From Podarcis liolepis (taxonomy: Eukaryota): a DNA stretch of 64,000 nt. The position numbers and the translations under genes are program-made. Of the stretch, positions 13,181 through 24,773 are shown one piece after another. The first letter of the stretch is position 1, and the number at the start of each line of letters is the position of its first letter. Below the pieces are notes generated by a model that searched no databases, had not been told where the DNA came from, and was given only the letters and a program-made list of their open reading frames with translations. Location of the stretch: the NCBI GenBank assembly GCA_965112155.1, contig OZ218102.1; one strand, written 5' to 3'.

Positions 13181-14495
13181 CTGCGATATGTAGCAAACTG
13201 AGTTGATCCATGCCTCCTGGTTCATTGTGTAGAACAGAACATGGTTTTGTAGGACTTTTCTGTCACAGGTGTAAATTAAAGTTTTAGAAAGTGGACCAAG
13301 GGCTGCACCTGAAGTTTAAAAGCAGTCCCCCATCCTCAACACATAGCAGATGTTCCAAGCTTTCCAAATGCAGCCACAAGTGGAATGATGATGTGCCATC
13401 TTTGCAGGAACTTGTATGGGAAAAGGTGACGAATGGGATACCCATCTTGTTTCAAAGAAACTTTTGATAGCACAGGGGGGCGGGGGGGCAGAAGTCCACA
13501 TCACTGCTAAAATGGGGGTGTATGGATGGACTAGGCTCAAAGGATGTGCATTGGGTACAATATACCTCTTCCACACTTCAAAACTGAATTCCTTTTTTTA
13601 AAAAATGTTGGCATAAAAAAGAGATAAGTTTTTGCTTCCCAAAAGGTAATTATTTGGCTCATGCTATCACTGCAAATCTTTACTGTGGTGATGGTGGTTG
13701 ATACAGTTGTTAGGTTCCTATCCCAGTTTACAGCCGGAGGCTTCATCTATTTAAACTTGAAATTGATTGCTGGGAATGTCACAGAGTAATTTACATAGCA
13801 ACTTATCATAATTAGTCAGAGTTTGTAGTTTCCTTAATGTGAGCTGCACTTTATGCTTAGCAATTGATTTTTCTGTATATCTGTGTGAAGCTTCTTAATG
13901 TGAACCATCTAAAAAAAAAACCCTGTGGGTAGTTTTTTTTATCATTTAGTTAACCTGAGGAATCATAAAATATGTTTAATCATGGACTATAAATAGGAAG
14001 TGCTTGCTTTAACGCATTTAATATGGTGCAATGAGATGAATAAGGGGGGAAATGTAAGTGGTTAAAATATATTGGAGTTCCATTTCAGGCAGAAGTGGTT
14101 ATGAATATCAAGGTTTTTCGTTTTGTTGGTTTCCATAGTGTATTTGCAACACTTCAGAGAGCTTACCCCCATGCCCACAAGCAAGCAAACCATTTTTGTT
14201 GGGAGTAAAGCAATAGTGCTTGCAATAAGCTGAACATGTGAGGGTTGATTGACAGGAAGAGTAGCCTGTTCTTATTCCTCAAGGATTCCTTCTCTGTTCA
14301 GTAACTACTTGTTAGTAAAGGAGATCACTTCCTTCCAAGCTTTACGTCTTTCCTACTTCTTCTCCAAGTTCAGAAGCTATCAGTATGAGTCAGAATGTGT
14401 TTGGGGGGGGCACCTTGGCCAATGTAAAACATATACAGTGGTACCTCGGTTTACAAACTTAATCCGTTCCGGAAGTCAGTTCTTAAACCAAAACT

Positions 14496-14714
14496 CAAAA
14501 TAAAAAAGTTCATTCCAGTAGCACCTTAAAGACCAACTAAGTTAGTTCTTGGTATGAGCTTTCGTGCGCATGCACACTTCTTGAGTGTATCTGAAGAAGT
14601 GTGCATGCACACGAAAGCTCATACCAAGAACTAACTTAGTTGGTCTTTAAGGTGCTACTGGAAGGAATTTTTTTATTTTGACTATGGCAGACCAACACGG
14701 CTACCTATCTGTAA
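14496..14714 (+). mobile_element. Penelope-like retroelement remnant (inverted pLTR fragments forming an 88-bp palindrome)
   Basis: Arms 14495-14582 and 14594-14681 match at 85/88. The 3' end ttggtctttaaggtgctac...gaccaacacggctac is typical of reptile Penelope termini. Flanked by the 14-bp duplication cttaaaccaaaact (14482-14495, 14715-14728). Confidence 0.8.
14587..14624 (+). ncRNA. Minimal type I hammerhead ribozyme motif (Penelope pLTR type)
   Basis: GUAU (stem I), CUGAAGA, extra A, GUGUG[CAUG]CACAC (stem II), GAAA, GC, UC^, AUAC (stem I partner). All core nucleotides are present; stem III is reduced to the palindrome AGCU. Confidence 0.75.
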
Positions 14715-15015
14715 CTTAAACCAAAACTGTTCTTAAACCGAGGCATGCTTTCCCTAATGAGGCCTCCCACCGCCGGTGCCCTTCCACCGTTCGGATTCTG
14801 TTCTTAGACCGAGGTAAAGTTCGCAAACCGGGACACTACTTCTGGTTTTGCTGAGTTCGTAAACCAAATCATTCATAAACAGGACTGTTCTTAAACTGAG
14901 GTACCACTGTACTTAGAATGGCTTGATTGCCATAGGTTATAAACTTTGCATTTTCTTTATCCATTCAACCAGAACTCTTACCAGACTATTTCTTCCTGTA
15001 CATTACTGTTGTATA

Positions 15016-15253
15016 CAATGGTACCTCGGGTTAAGAACTTAATTCATTCTGGAGGTCTGTTCTTAACCTGAAACTGTTCTTAACCTGAGGTACCACTTTA
15101 GCTAATGGGGCCTCCCACTGCTGCTGCTGCTGCTGCTGCTGCGCCGCTGCGCAATTTCTGTTCTCATCCTGAAGCAAAGTTATTAACCCGAGGTACTATT
15201 TCTGGGTTAGTGGAGTCTGTAACCTGAAGCGTCTGTAACCTGAGGTACCACTG
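15016..15253. mobile_element. Tigger/pogo-like MITE with an internal (CTG)8 expansion
   Basis: TA|caatggtacctcgggtta ... taacctgaggtaccactg|TA. Same subfamily as 35982-36239; CTG run at about 15118-15141. Confidence 0.88.
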
Positions 15254-17812
15254 TATTTACCAAACTTCATCATTTTTGTGTGCACTAAAATAATACCTTG
15301 CAAAATGGCAGACAAATTGACATGAAGTCATCAAGGAAGTTTCCCATTGGGTATTCTCTGTGGAATAGAAAGTGAGCTCTTTGTTCACTCACTTTTTATG
15401 GGGCATCTACATAGCGTCATGATCAAAACATGCCCATCTCCTCCTGTGTTTTCCCTTACCATCTCCTACTTTTAAAAAAGAGCTTAGATAATCTTGACTT
15501 TAAAAAGCTCTGTGGAAAACTGCGCAATGTCTCCAGGTGTAGATGTCATGTTGTGCTGCTACTCTGGCCAGTAGAACTTTGTTCTAACTATTTCCTTTTC
15601 TATGGTCTGTTTCCCCTGTCTTGCAATCAGATCTTATCACTTTAACCCTTCTTTTGCCAAAAGCTCAGGTTGTTCTTCAACAACAAACTGAAACTGAGTC
15701 CTATATAGTGTCTGAAGCTCCAACCCAATAATTAGCCCTGCCTGCCCCTGCATGCCTTCCCATTTCTGAGTCCTCAACCTCATTTTCTGAAGGGTTTCCA
15801 ACATCAGAATCTCCACCCCTCTCAATAAAATTTGCTAAGCGCTTTAATTTTGCACAATTATTCTACAGTTCTCGCATTCATAGTGGGGCAGGAGTGAAGC
15901 AGAAGTCTCATCCCCAACCCTTGGGACACTTTGTATATGTTAAGGAGTGTCATAGAAGTGATTTGAACTGCTTTCTGCGTCATTTGTTACCAGGGCAGTG
16001 AATGCGAATTCTAACCATTTCAGCCGCATGTAAAAATGTGCATTCTAATCCAGTGTATGTCCTAATCCAGTCTTGAGATTTCGACAGGCCTTGCCTACTG
16101 TATTTCATCTTTCGAAGTGTAAGACAATCTTTGTGTGTTCTTTTTTAATGAAAGCCGAGATCCTTTGGAAACTGAACTTTGCACCCAGTGCCATGTTCTT
16201 TGCTCTCACAGAGCATCCGTTGCATGCATGCAACCCCTCCTGTCATTTCTCTCAGCTTGTATTTCAGAATTCCCCTGATAAAATAATATTTTTCTTCCAT
16301 TGTTACAACTATTTTATCCCTTTGTTTAGAAGTCTCTATATTGGCTGTGGACCACTTTTTGTTCTGAAGCTTTATAATGCCCAGAGTGGTGGGAATAAAA
16401 AGGGGTTCCTTCGTGTCTGTTTCCATGCTTCACAGCTTAATTTATGGCAAAAACACTACCAACCAACCACCTTATATACAATACCAGTCTGAAGCAGTGA
16501 GTGGATGCTTGCCTGCTTGCACCATGGCCTAGTTCTCATAGAGGTTGTTAAACCTGTGCCTGGGCTGTAGCACTTCAGGCTGCTCACATGACTGAGTGTT
16601 CTTCCATTTATACAATACTCTCTGCATAAAAATGGTAGGTTTCAGGGAGACGTGTTCTAGCTTAGCCTTCTCTCTGAGGTGGTAGTTTTCTATGGGCGTG
16701 GATTTGCACACACCCATTAAACAACAAGGGTTTAACCATTTGCAACAACCACTGAAAACAGCATGACAAAATACAGTATAAGCCAGTGATAAATCTAGTG
16801 TAGACTTTCATGAATTACTTCCTTAGCAAAATTAGGCCATTCCAAACATAACAAAGCATATAAGTATCTGAAAACAATAATTTTACCTACAGGCAAAAAA
16901 TGGTTAGTTAAAAACTAGGTGACTTATGAAATCCAGCCAATTCACACCTCCCTCTCTCCTCTTTTCCTGCTGAGTCACCTGGCTGTATATTGTATATCGT
17001 GTAGTAAGTATGCTTTGCTCAGGATGAATTGTTAGCTTGAACCCAGCTTTAACTGAGCTTCCTTTTCTTGTGCAACAATGGTGTGAGTCGTTTTCTGTGC
17101 CTGCATTTTTCTAGGAACCACACAGATGTTACTGAATGTTTAATACATTGCTGTTAGTTTTGATTCTGACCCTTGACTTAATATGGTTCAAAACATACAT
17201 TTATCTGGGTCACTGAATTCATGTTGCTGTCACTTTCTAAGCTCAACAATTTCTCGTCTGTGCTTCAAAGGAATGTTGGATTTCTATCAGGATACTGTAG
17301 GCTGTTAAAACTTTGGCATAGAAATGTACCACTGTCTTGTGTATAATAATGATGGGAGCAGGAAGTCATGTGGAATGAGGGATGGGTGAACGAGCTCGGA
17401 ATTGTACATAAACTCTCTCAGAGGCTTTGCTGAGAGCTTGGATGAAATGTTTCTTTAGGCACTCGGGAAAGAAAACCAGTTAATAGATTTGAAGTGGGAA
17501 AATGCTTTCAATTGGTGAAGTCATCTACCTTCCTGAATTTCAGCCATGAGTCTTGACATTTTGAGAAAAGGAAGAGATGATCCGCATTCGCTTGCCAAGC
17601 AAGTTAATGGACCTTTCCTGAGACTTACAATTAAGTGTGCAAGATTGTGCATACTGCCACAAAATGAACGCAATGCTAACAAAAGATTAGGATTAAGGTG
17701 CAAGAGCAATTTGATAAAGTAGTGGGAGATGGCAAGATTTACAGTTATATTTAGTGGTATACAGACGTGTTGCAGGACTAGGTACAGCAGCAGGAAAAAG
17801 CAGGGGTTGCAA

Positions 17813-18110
17813 ATTATTGTTATTATTATTAATTAACTTTGTATACCACCTTCATCTGAAGATCACAGCGTGATTTACAATATAAAAATACAAAACGAGA
17901 ACACAAAATACAAGAGCAAACCAATACCCCACCTCCCACAACACATTTAAAAGGCCTTAGATGGTTTAATCAGCCAAAGGCCTGGTTATAGAGAAATGTT
18001 TTTGCCTGGCACCTAAAGATATGTAATGAGGGTGCCAGGCGAGCCTCCCTGGGGTGGGCATTCGATAAACAGGGAGCTACCGCAGAAGAGGCCCATTCTC
18101 GTATTGCCAC
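17813..18110 (-). mobile_element. L2 LINE 3' end
   Basis: Reverse complement of the elements at 53910-54290 and 58851-59091, with a (TAA)n tail at the low-coordinate end. Confidence 0.8.
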
Positions 18111-19260
18111 TCTCCATTATTGCAGTGGATTGTTATAAGTTTGTGGAGAAGTGCAGGAACTTGACATGCTTTGCTTCTTATCTCACTCAACACAGAAGTG
18201 AGACTGGGAAAGTATCATTTGAATAGCCCCTGAGTTTTTACAGCACAGGAATTTCCCCTCTGCTCATGACTCCCATGTCTTATCTATTATATGGGAAAGA
18301 GGTGAACACATGTTACTATCTATGAAAGACACAGGAATGCCAAGGTTCTTGAAGCAGTTTGCTAGAGTTAGTACCTTCTTCTAGGTCTTAATTCATACGA
18401 CATGTTTAGATTAGTGACTGACTTGCAGGATTTCTTCCATGCTGCAGAAGTGTAGTGGATAAAGTTTCAGGTTGAGGTGACATGAGTGAGTGCAGTTAGC
18501 AAACAAACACACACACACCACACTCTCCTCTTCTGGTGAAATATGTACCTTTTTGGTGACAGTTCCAGGCAGACTATGAAAGGATTTTCACATTCAGAAT
18601 GAAAGCAAGAAGCATTTCCCTCATTCCTATGTGCTCCTAAAATTGGTGCCACCATGTAGTCACATCTGAAAGGCTGCATGGTGTCATGATGCCATATTGA
18701 TCATGTGCTCTCTACTTTTCCTGGATCATAATAGCCAGCAAGAACAACACTGTGTTTGGTTGTTTTTAAATGGCACCAAGTGAAACAATGCAAAACATAA
18801 TGGTTTCAGGTGTATTTCGGAAAACATTTTAGGCCTCTTGAAACCCTTTCTGAAATATTTCTCGTGGACATTCAGGACAGCCATAGAAGCTCAGGACGCT
18901 GTCACTGTTGTGTAGTCCTGCTGATGAAGAAGAGTGGGGGAAGTATCTAGACCATGAGGAAGGCATATTAAAGCAGAAAGCTGCCTCTAGCATGAGTTCA
19001 TCACATGAGTTGCAAAGCTAAATAAACAGCATTGGCAAGGAAGGAAAAGGTTGGAAATCAATCTTTTGGTCAAGTCAACAGATGCATTGGAACAAAAAGA
19101 GATGCCATGCCTTCCCCAGCAATGTCCCACCTTAATCTTTTGGGTGTTTTCACTTTTGTTGGTTGAAAGTGCATTTTTGGAAGCCTCACACTGGATACAG
19201 GGCAAAACATGCTATAAGGAATGTCACTTCAGATGGCAATTTTGCTATTAGTCCACACAT

Positions 19261-19400
19261 GTATAAGAGCCCTTCTGGATCAAGCCAAAGGCCCATTTAG
19301 TCCATCATTCTGCTTCTCACGGTGGCATACCATGCAGAGCCCCAAAGCAGGAGATGAATTCAACAGCACTCACCCACTCTGATTCCCCCATGACTGGTCT
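19261..19400 (-). mobile_element. CR1 LINE 3' UTR fragment
   Basis: ataagagcccttctggatcaagccaaaggcccatttagtcca is the reverse complement of the CR1 termini at about 26790-26830 and 29195-29250. Confidence 0.65.
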
Positions 19401-19485
19401 GTCCTGAAGTGAGATGAGTCTCTCCAAGTTTGGGTGATTGCCAGGAAGGACCATAGTTCATTCACTTTATGTAGTGAACCATTGC

Positions 19486-19840
19486 TAAAGTAAAGTAAAG
19501 AACCCCTGACACTTAAGTCCAATCATGAACAACTTTGGGGTTTCAGTGCTCATCTTGCTTTACTGGCCAAGGGAGCCGACGTTTGTCCGCAGACAGTTTT
19601 TCTGGGTCATATAGGCAGCACGACTAAGCAGCTTCTGGCAAAACCAGAGCAGTGCACGGAAACACCATTTACCTTCCCACCAGAGCAGTACCTATTTATC
19701 TACTTGCACTTTGACGTGCTTTCGAACTACTAGGTTGGCAGGAGCTGGGACCAAGCAACGGGAGCTTACCCCGTTGCGGGGATTCGAACCGCCGACCTTC
19801 TGATCGGCAAGTCCTAGGCTCAGTGATTTAGACCACAGCG
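19486..19840 (-). mobile_element. Sauria SINE (Squam1), slightly 5'-truncated
   Basis: Reverse complement of 871-1224; B box visible as ggattcgaacc; tail taaagtaaagtaaag. Confidence 0.92.
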
Positions 19841-19966
19841 TTGCTGTGGGATAAATGTTATCTTCTTGGTGTGTGTAGAGTGGGGGTGTGGCTTGTTCCT
19901 TGCCCTTTCAGATTTTTTTGCTGCTGCTCTTGGTTCATATTGTTAATTCTTGGGGAGGCTCTGAAA

Positions 19967-20110
19967 CAGGGGTGAGCAACTCTTAGTGAATAAACATATT
20001 TTAAAACCTTTGACCAGTTGTTCCAGGACTACAACTCCCATCATCCCTGGCTGTTACCCATGCTGGCTGGGGCTGTGGGAACTGGGGTACAACAACATCT
20101 GCAGGGCTGC
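19967..20110. mobile_element. hAT-Charlie (MER5-like) MITE remnant
   Basis: Shares the core actacaactcccatcatccct with the intact copy at 61911-62046. Confidence 0.6.
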
Positions 20111-20115
20111 TAAAA

Positions 20116-20243
20116 TAAGGTTACCAGATTTTTTTTTTCAATGAATCCAGCGACACTTTTCAACTTCAATGGATTCTGTATGGGGTCTGATTTGTAAATC
20201 CGGGGACTGTGTCCCCAGGAAACGGGGACGCCTGATAACCTTA
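20116..20243. mobile_element. hAT MITE (Blackjack-like termini), 128 bp
   Basis: TIRs taaggttaccag / ctgataacctta (11/12) and a perfect 8-bp TSD tgctaaaa (20108-20115, 20244-20251). Confidence 0.88.
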
Positions 20244-21776
20244 TGCTAAAAATGTATCTTGACTAATAGTGGGGTTGTTCAATAACACTCAGTTTGAGAA
20301 TATTTAGGCTGAACTAGTCTTTCTTTCCAAGAACAGCCATCATATAGGGGAGTCTTAAGTAACCACAGCATGCCTCTATACATGGAATTAAACTCTGGTG
20401 AGCAATCTGTACCTTTTACTGAAACAATAGCTGCAGTTAGTACACAAAAAAATTAATCATTAAGGCTGATGGGTGTTATATGAGTGTGTAGGGAGACTGT
20501 AGCAGGTGTGCACCTCAATAAATTTCAATTGACTGTAAATGTCTGTAGCCAAACAGCTTCATCATCTGGTTTTTCAAAGCTTGTAGACAGGCAATTTTTC
20601 ATGATTTTACCATTTCAGCCAAATGAACCCTTTAAAATTAAATATACCCTATGATTCCAGATGTTTGTGTATTTGTTCCAATGATGCTATAAAATAACTG
20701 CATGATCAGATTGGTGATTTTTGAAAAAGAAAAAAGAGGAGGAGAAGTTGGGACTGAAATATTTTTAAAAGCATGGAAATTCTCAGGAGTCTGTCTCTGG
20801 ATTTTTGTTCTAAAGTTGACTCTCTCAGTGGACAGTGGTTCTATACTTAGGTGAAGGAGCATGGATGCACATAAATTTAATCTTTAATTGAAGATTGGGA
20901 TTATTAATCCACAGGACCAGTTTACTAGCCTTTTTATTTTTTATTTCTGATTGTCATTTGTGGGCAGCTTTTATTCCTAGAATCCAGCTAACAGCAAAAG
21001 CTGATTTCCACCTGGATTCAGGTTCCATTTCCACACCCACCCAATGGCTCTGTGTGCACGTGTACATGTGTGTGAATTAAATAACAAGATAGTATAGCCA
21101 ATCACACAAAAAAGTCACACCTGACTGGCATAATTCCTAGAATCTGAATATCCATCCTCAAAGTTCAAAGACAGCTGTTACAATAAATATTGCTCGTGAT
21201 TTCTTGACAGCAACTTCTAATGGTGTGGTTGTTTGGTTTTTTGTTTGTGTGTGGACGTGCATGCATGCATGCGTGTGTGTGCACAGGAATTACATTTGTA
21301 CCCAGGAATGAAAGAGGATAGCTCATTTTTAGAACGTAAAGCTTCTACTGCAGAAAATTCTAATTTAGGTCAAGTTCAATACCAATCTTCTCCCAGAGGG
21401 GTCTACACAACTGATTAAGGAACCTTAACTATTGTTTGGTGTGATGTTTAAATTGACAAACAGCTGGAAATTATGGTTTTAAATAAAACTACTGTTTTAT
21501 GTGGTTTTGCAAACCATGATTTGCACTATGCTTTGGTGTCCCGTGTGTATGGTCAAGCCATGATTACAGCTAAGATTCTGCCTCAAGATATTCTGTAAGA
21601 TTCTGTACCATAGAGATAGGAATGAATGTATCAAATGGTGTATTGAGATAAAATGAAGAGAGACTATTGTATGCTTGGAAGCGTCAATCATCTTTGCATT
21701 ATAAATTGTGATTAGCACAAACCATGGTTGGGCGTGATGTCTGAACTGAGCACAATGAACTTGGCAGAGATACAGG

Positions 21777-22084
21777 TGTGATACAGTTCTGGAGGTGAAA
21801 TAGTTAAACAGGTTACCCAATCAGAACCCAGGGGGGTGGAGTATAAAACCAACTCTGGGAGGGGCAAAGGGGGAGTTCGTTGGGAGTTGGGTGGTTGGTT
21901 GGAGTGGGAGTGAATTGGGATAGAGTCTGTGGGTAGGCTGAGTTAGTGTAGCGAAATAAGCTGAGTCAGGAACAGTTAGGAGCTAGGAAGACAAGTAAAT
22001 ATCTGAGAGGTGGTTTAGTGAGTGAGAGCAGGTAGCGGAAGTTATAGGTCTGGATAGGCACCCCATGATTGTAATTGAGTGACA
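21777..22084 (+). mobile_element. Truncated LTR-like element
   Basis: Begins TGTGA, has CCAAT (ccaatcag) then TATAAAA followed by a strongly G-rich strand. No 3' CA end found. Confidence 0.5.
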
Positions 22085-22195
22085 TTTATTGCATAGTACA
22101 TTCTTAGGCTGGATCTAGACACATCAAAGAAGTATTTCAGTTAAATGTGTTGTAAATTTAAACAAGGAAATCCAGTAGGCAAAAACAGGACTCTA

Positions 22196-22213
22196 CAGTG
22201 CCATCTGGAGGCA
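22196..22213 (-). promoter_or_regulatory. CTCF-like motif TGCCTCCAGATGGCACTG
   Basis: Close match to the CCASYAGRKGGCR core consensus. Motif only; no binding evidence. Confidence 0.4.
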
Positions 22214-22541
22214 CAATGTTATATCGCATCTACAACGCATATAAATCACTTTTTCTTTACCAATCTACCTGAGTCCTTAGAATGCCTATCCTTATGTAGT
22301 CAAGATGGCACCGTCCACTAACAACCCGCCCATTTAGGTGGGTTCAATATGTATGTGACCGGATATACACATCATCCTGAACCAGGAAGGGACCCAAAAA
22401 CATCACAAAAAAGGGCAGGGTAGCATGGAATGGCGAAGCCCTAGGGACTGAGCATGCTCAGTGGGCATGGAATGGTGACAGGCTGTTTGGGAGTGGACTG
22501 GAATGGAGTGGGGTATTCCATGCTGCACATTTTGTTAAAGG

Positions 22542-22911
22542 TAGAGGTAGAGGAAATTTTTATTTAGCCTGCGTTTTAAAACAAACCTACCTAATTGATT
22601 GGTCCTAGACTTGTATATGGGTCGACATGCAGCAGAAGTGCAGACTACACACTTCTCCAAATTTTACGGTGCAGTTTCGGTAAAAAAAGAAAATGGCACC
22701 AAATGTGCACATTGTGGAAAAATGCACATTTTATAGGGGAAAGCATTTTAAAAATGAGTATTTTGAAGGAGGGATGTATATGAAATGTGTACAAATTAAA
22801 TACATTTTCTGTGCATTTTTTTAATCCACAAAAAATGGGTTAGAATGAATATATGACTGAGCACATGTAAAACTGATGTGGACTAGAGAAAGGCTAATCC
22901 ATTCACCTCTA
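22542..22911. mobile_element. Old non-autonomous hAT element related to 42470-43124 (opposite orientation)
   Basis: Termini tagaggt ... acctcta, decayed 8-bp TSD gttaaagg / gttgcagg, and shared A/T-rich tgcacattt motifs. Confidence 0.55.
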
Positions 22912-24416
22912 GTTGCAGGTCCCACTTTAAATGTAGATTAAATACACTACATTACAATACTAGTCTGGGCAGCTTGGCAACCCTATTCCTGAGTCTGTGG
23001 CCATTTCTTCCGTAAAGGCAAAAGAGGTTATTCATTTCATGGTGTGTGTGTGTTTCTGTTTCTGTCTTTGGAGAGGGAGAGATATCTCTGATTCTCCTCT
23101 AATACCAGAAAGTGAGTGGTTGTGGAGTCTTGCTTACATGTTATGCGATATAAATTATTGTATTCATGATCTAATGATACGTTTGCTTATCAAAGTTTCC
23201 TCCAAAGCATCTTTCATCTTTTTCTTTTCCCCCATCCTGTGCATTTTGCTATGTTAGACAGCAGGATTGATTGTGGCCAGTGGCCCTGACAATTCTCCCT
23301 TGGCTTCATGCTTCCTGTGGTAGGTAGGAGTGCTCAAATTGTCTGTTCTGAAAGAAACACACACAAAAAAAAAAGCCAAGAAAGAGACCCTTATTTTCTG
23401 CTGGAGAATGATAGTTTACTTCCACAAACTGCAGAAGTAGCGGGTGGGGTGGGGGGACTTGATCCCTTCTTGTTACTCTCAAGAAATGTCATCTTATGAA
23501 GTTTGAGAGCTGCAGATAGTATTGATTTTGTGTGAAAATAAGCCTCTATTGACGTTGTAATGAAGCACACTTTTCTTGCACAACTGGTGATATTGGTATC
23601 TTTTAGAGTGTTTTTAAACTCAGGGGTGGTTTTTAAGTATCTGCCAGGTTTGAGGAATCGCTTGAGACCCTCATTCTCTGCACCCCCACCCCCAGCCCAT
23701 GGCAGGAGAAACCTGAAAGAAAGGATGGAAAATAACTCATTGACTCTGCACTTTGCTGCCTGCTGAGAGCAAAATGCAATGCAGTGCAATTTTAGTACTT
23801 ACGTGCCACTAGGGAAAACAGACACTTTCCGTCACATTAGTGAGCACTAGGGGGAAGAATCCGTATATTAGTTGTTTAAGCTCTCTGTTTTGAAACTCAA
23901 GAATGCTAGAGTTACTTCTCGAGTTAAAGAGATTTTGTAGTTTTTATCCACCTTGTATAATTAGCAGGATAAACCAAGAAAACTGAACAAGATCCAACTA
24001 CTATGAAAACTGTTCCCTTCTGAGGTTCATGCAATGATGGGGATGAACAAGAAGAGATTTATTTCATTGCTTTGTACTTGATGCAGAAGCAGGGCACTTT
24101 GAGGTGGAAGTGAAGCTGAGACAGAAGTATGCATACATTTTGCACTCTCTCAAGGATTTTGACATTTAATGCTATCAGTGTTGAAATGTTGAAAGTCCAA
24201 AATCCAATACGATTTTTGAGCAGTAGTCTGATGAAGAGTAATCCAAATGTTTTAGTGTTAACCTTTCAAATCTTGTACATAAAGCTTAACTTGAACTTTC
24301 AAACAGAAAACTCAAAAAAATTAAAATACATATCTCAAATTTCTCAACTTGCATTTTTTTGGATGCAAATTTGGAAGTTAGGATCTAAATTATTTAGCTT
24401 TACCTGAATTAAGGAT

Positions 24417-24773
24417 GGGACATGAGTGGCGCTGTGGTTTAAAGCACTGTGCCACTTGGACTTGCTGATTGGAAGGTTCGAGGCCCTGCGATGGGGTGAG
24501 CTCCCATTGTTCGGTCCCAGCTCCTGCCAACCTAGCAGTTCAAAAGCACACAGTGCAAGCAGATAAAGAGGTACCACTCCGACGGGAAGGTAAATGGCGT
24601 TTTTGAGTGCTGCCCTGGCTTTGCCAGAAGTGGCTTAGTCATGCTGGCCACATGACCTGGAAAAACTGTTTGCAGACAAATGTTGGCTCCCTCGGCCAGT
24701 AAAACGAGATGAGCGGCGTAACCCCAGAGTCGTTCGTGACTGGACTTAACTGTCAGGGGTCCCTTTACCTTTA
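24417..24773 (+). mobile_element. Sauria SINE (Squam1)
   Basis: Homologous to the other three copies; ends ggggtccctttaccttta. Confidence 0.92.

Larger units (their letters stand above)
14436..14909. mobile_element. Tigger/pogo-like MITE interrupted by a Penelope-like insertion
   Basis: TA|cagtggtacctcggttta ... taaactgaggtaccactg|TA. Confidence 0.88.

Noticed and set aside
14551-14586. Second hammerhead on the minus strand of the palindrome
   Set aside because: It reads CUCAAGA instead of CUGAAGA and lacks the 5' strand of stem I because the arm is truncated.
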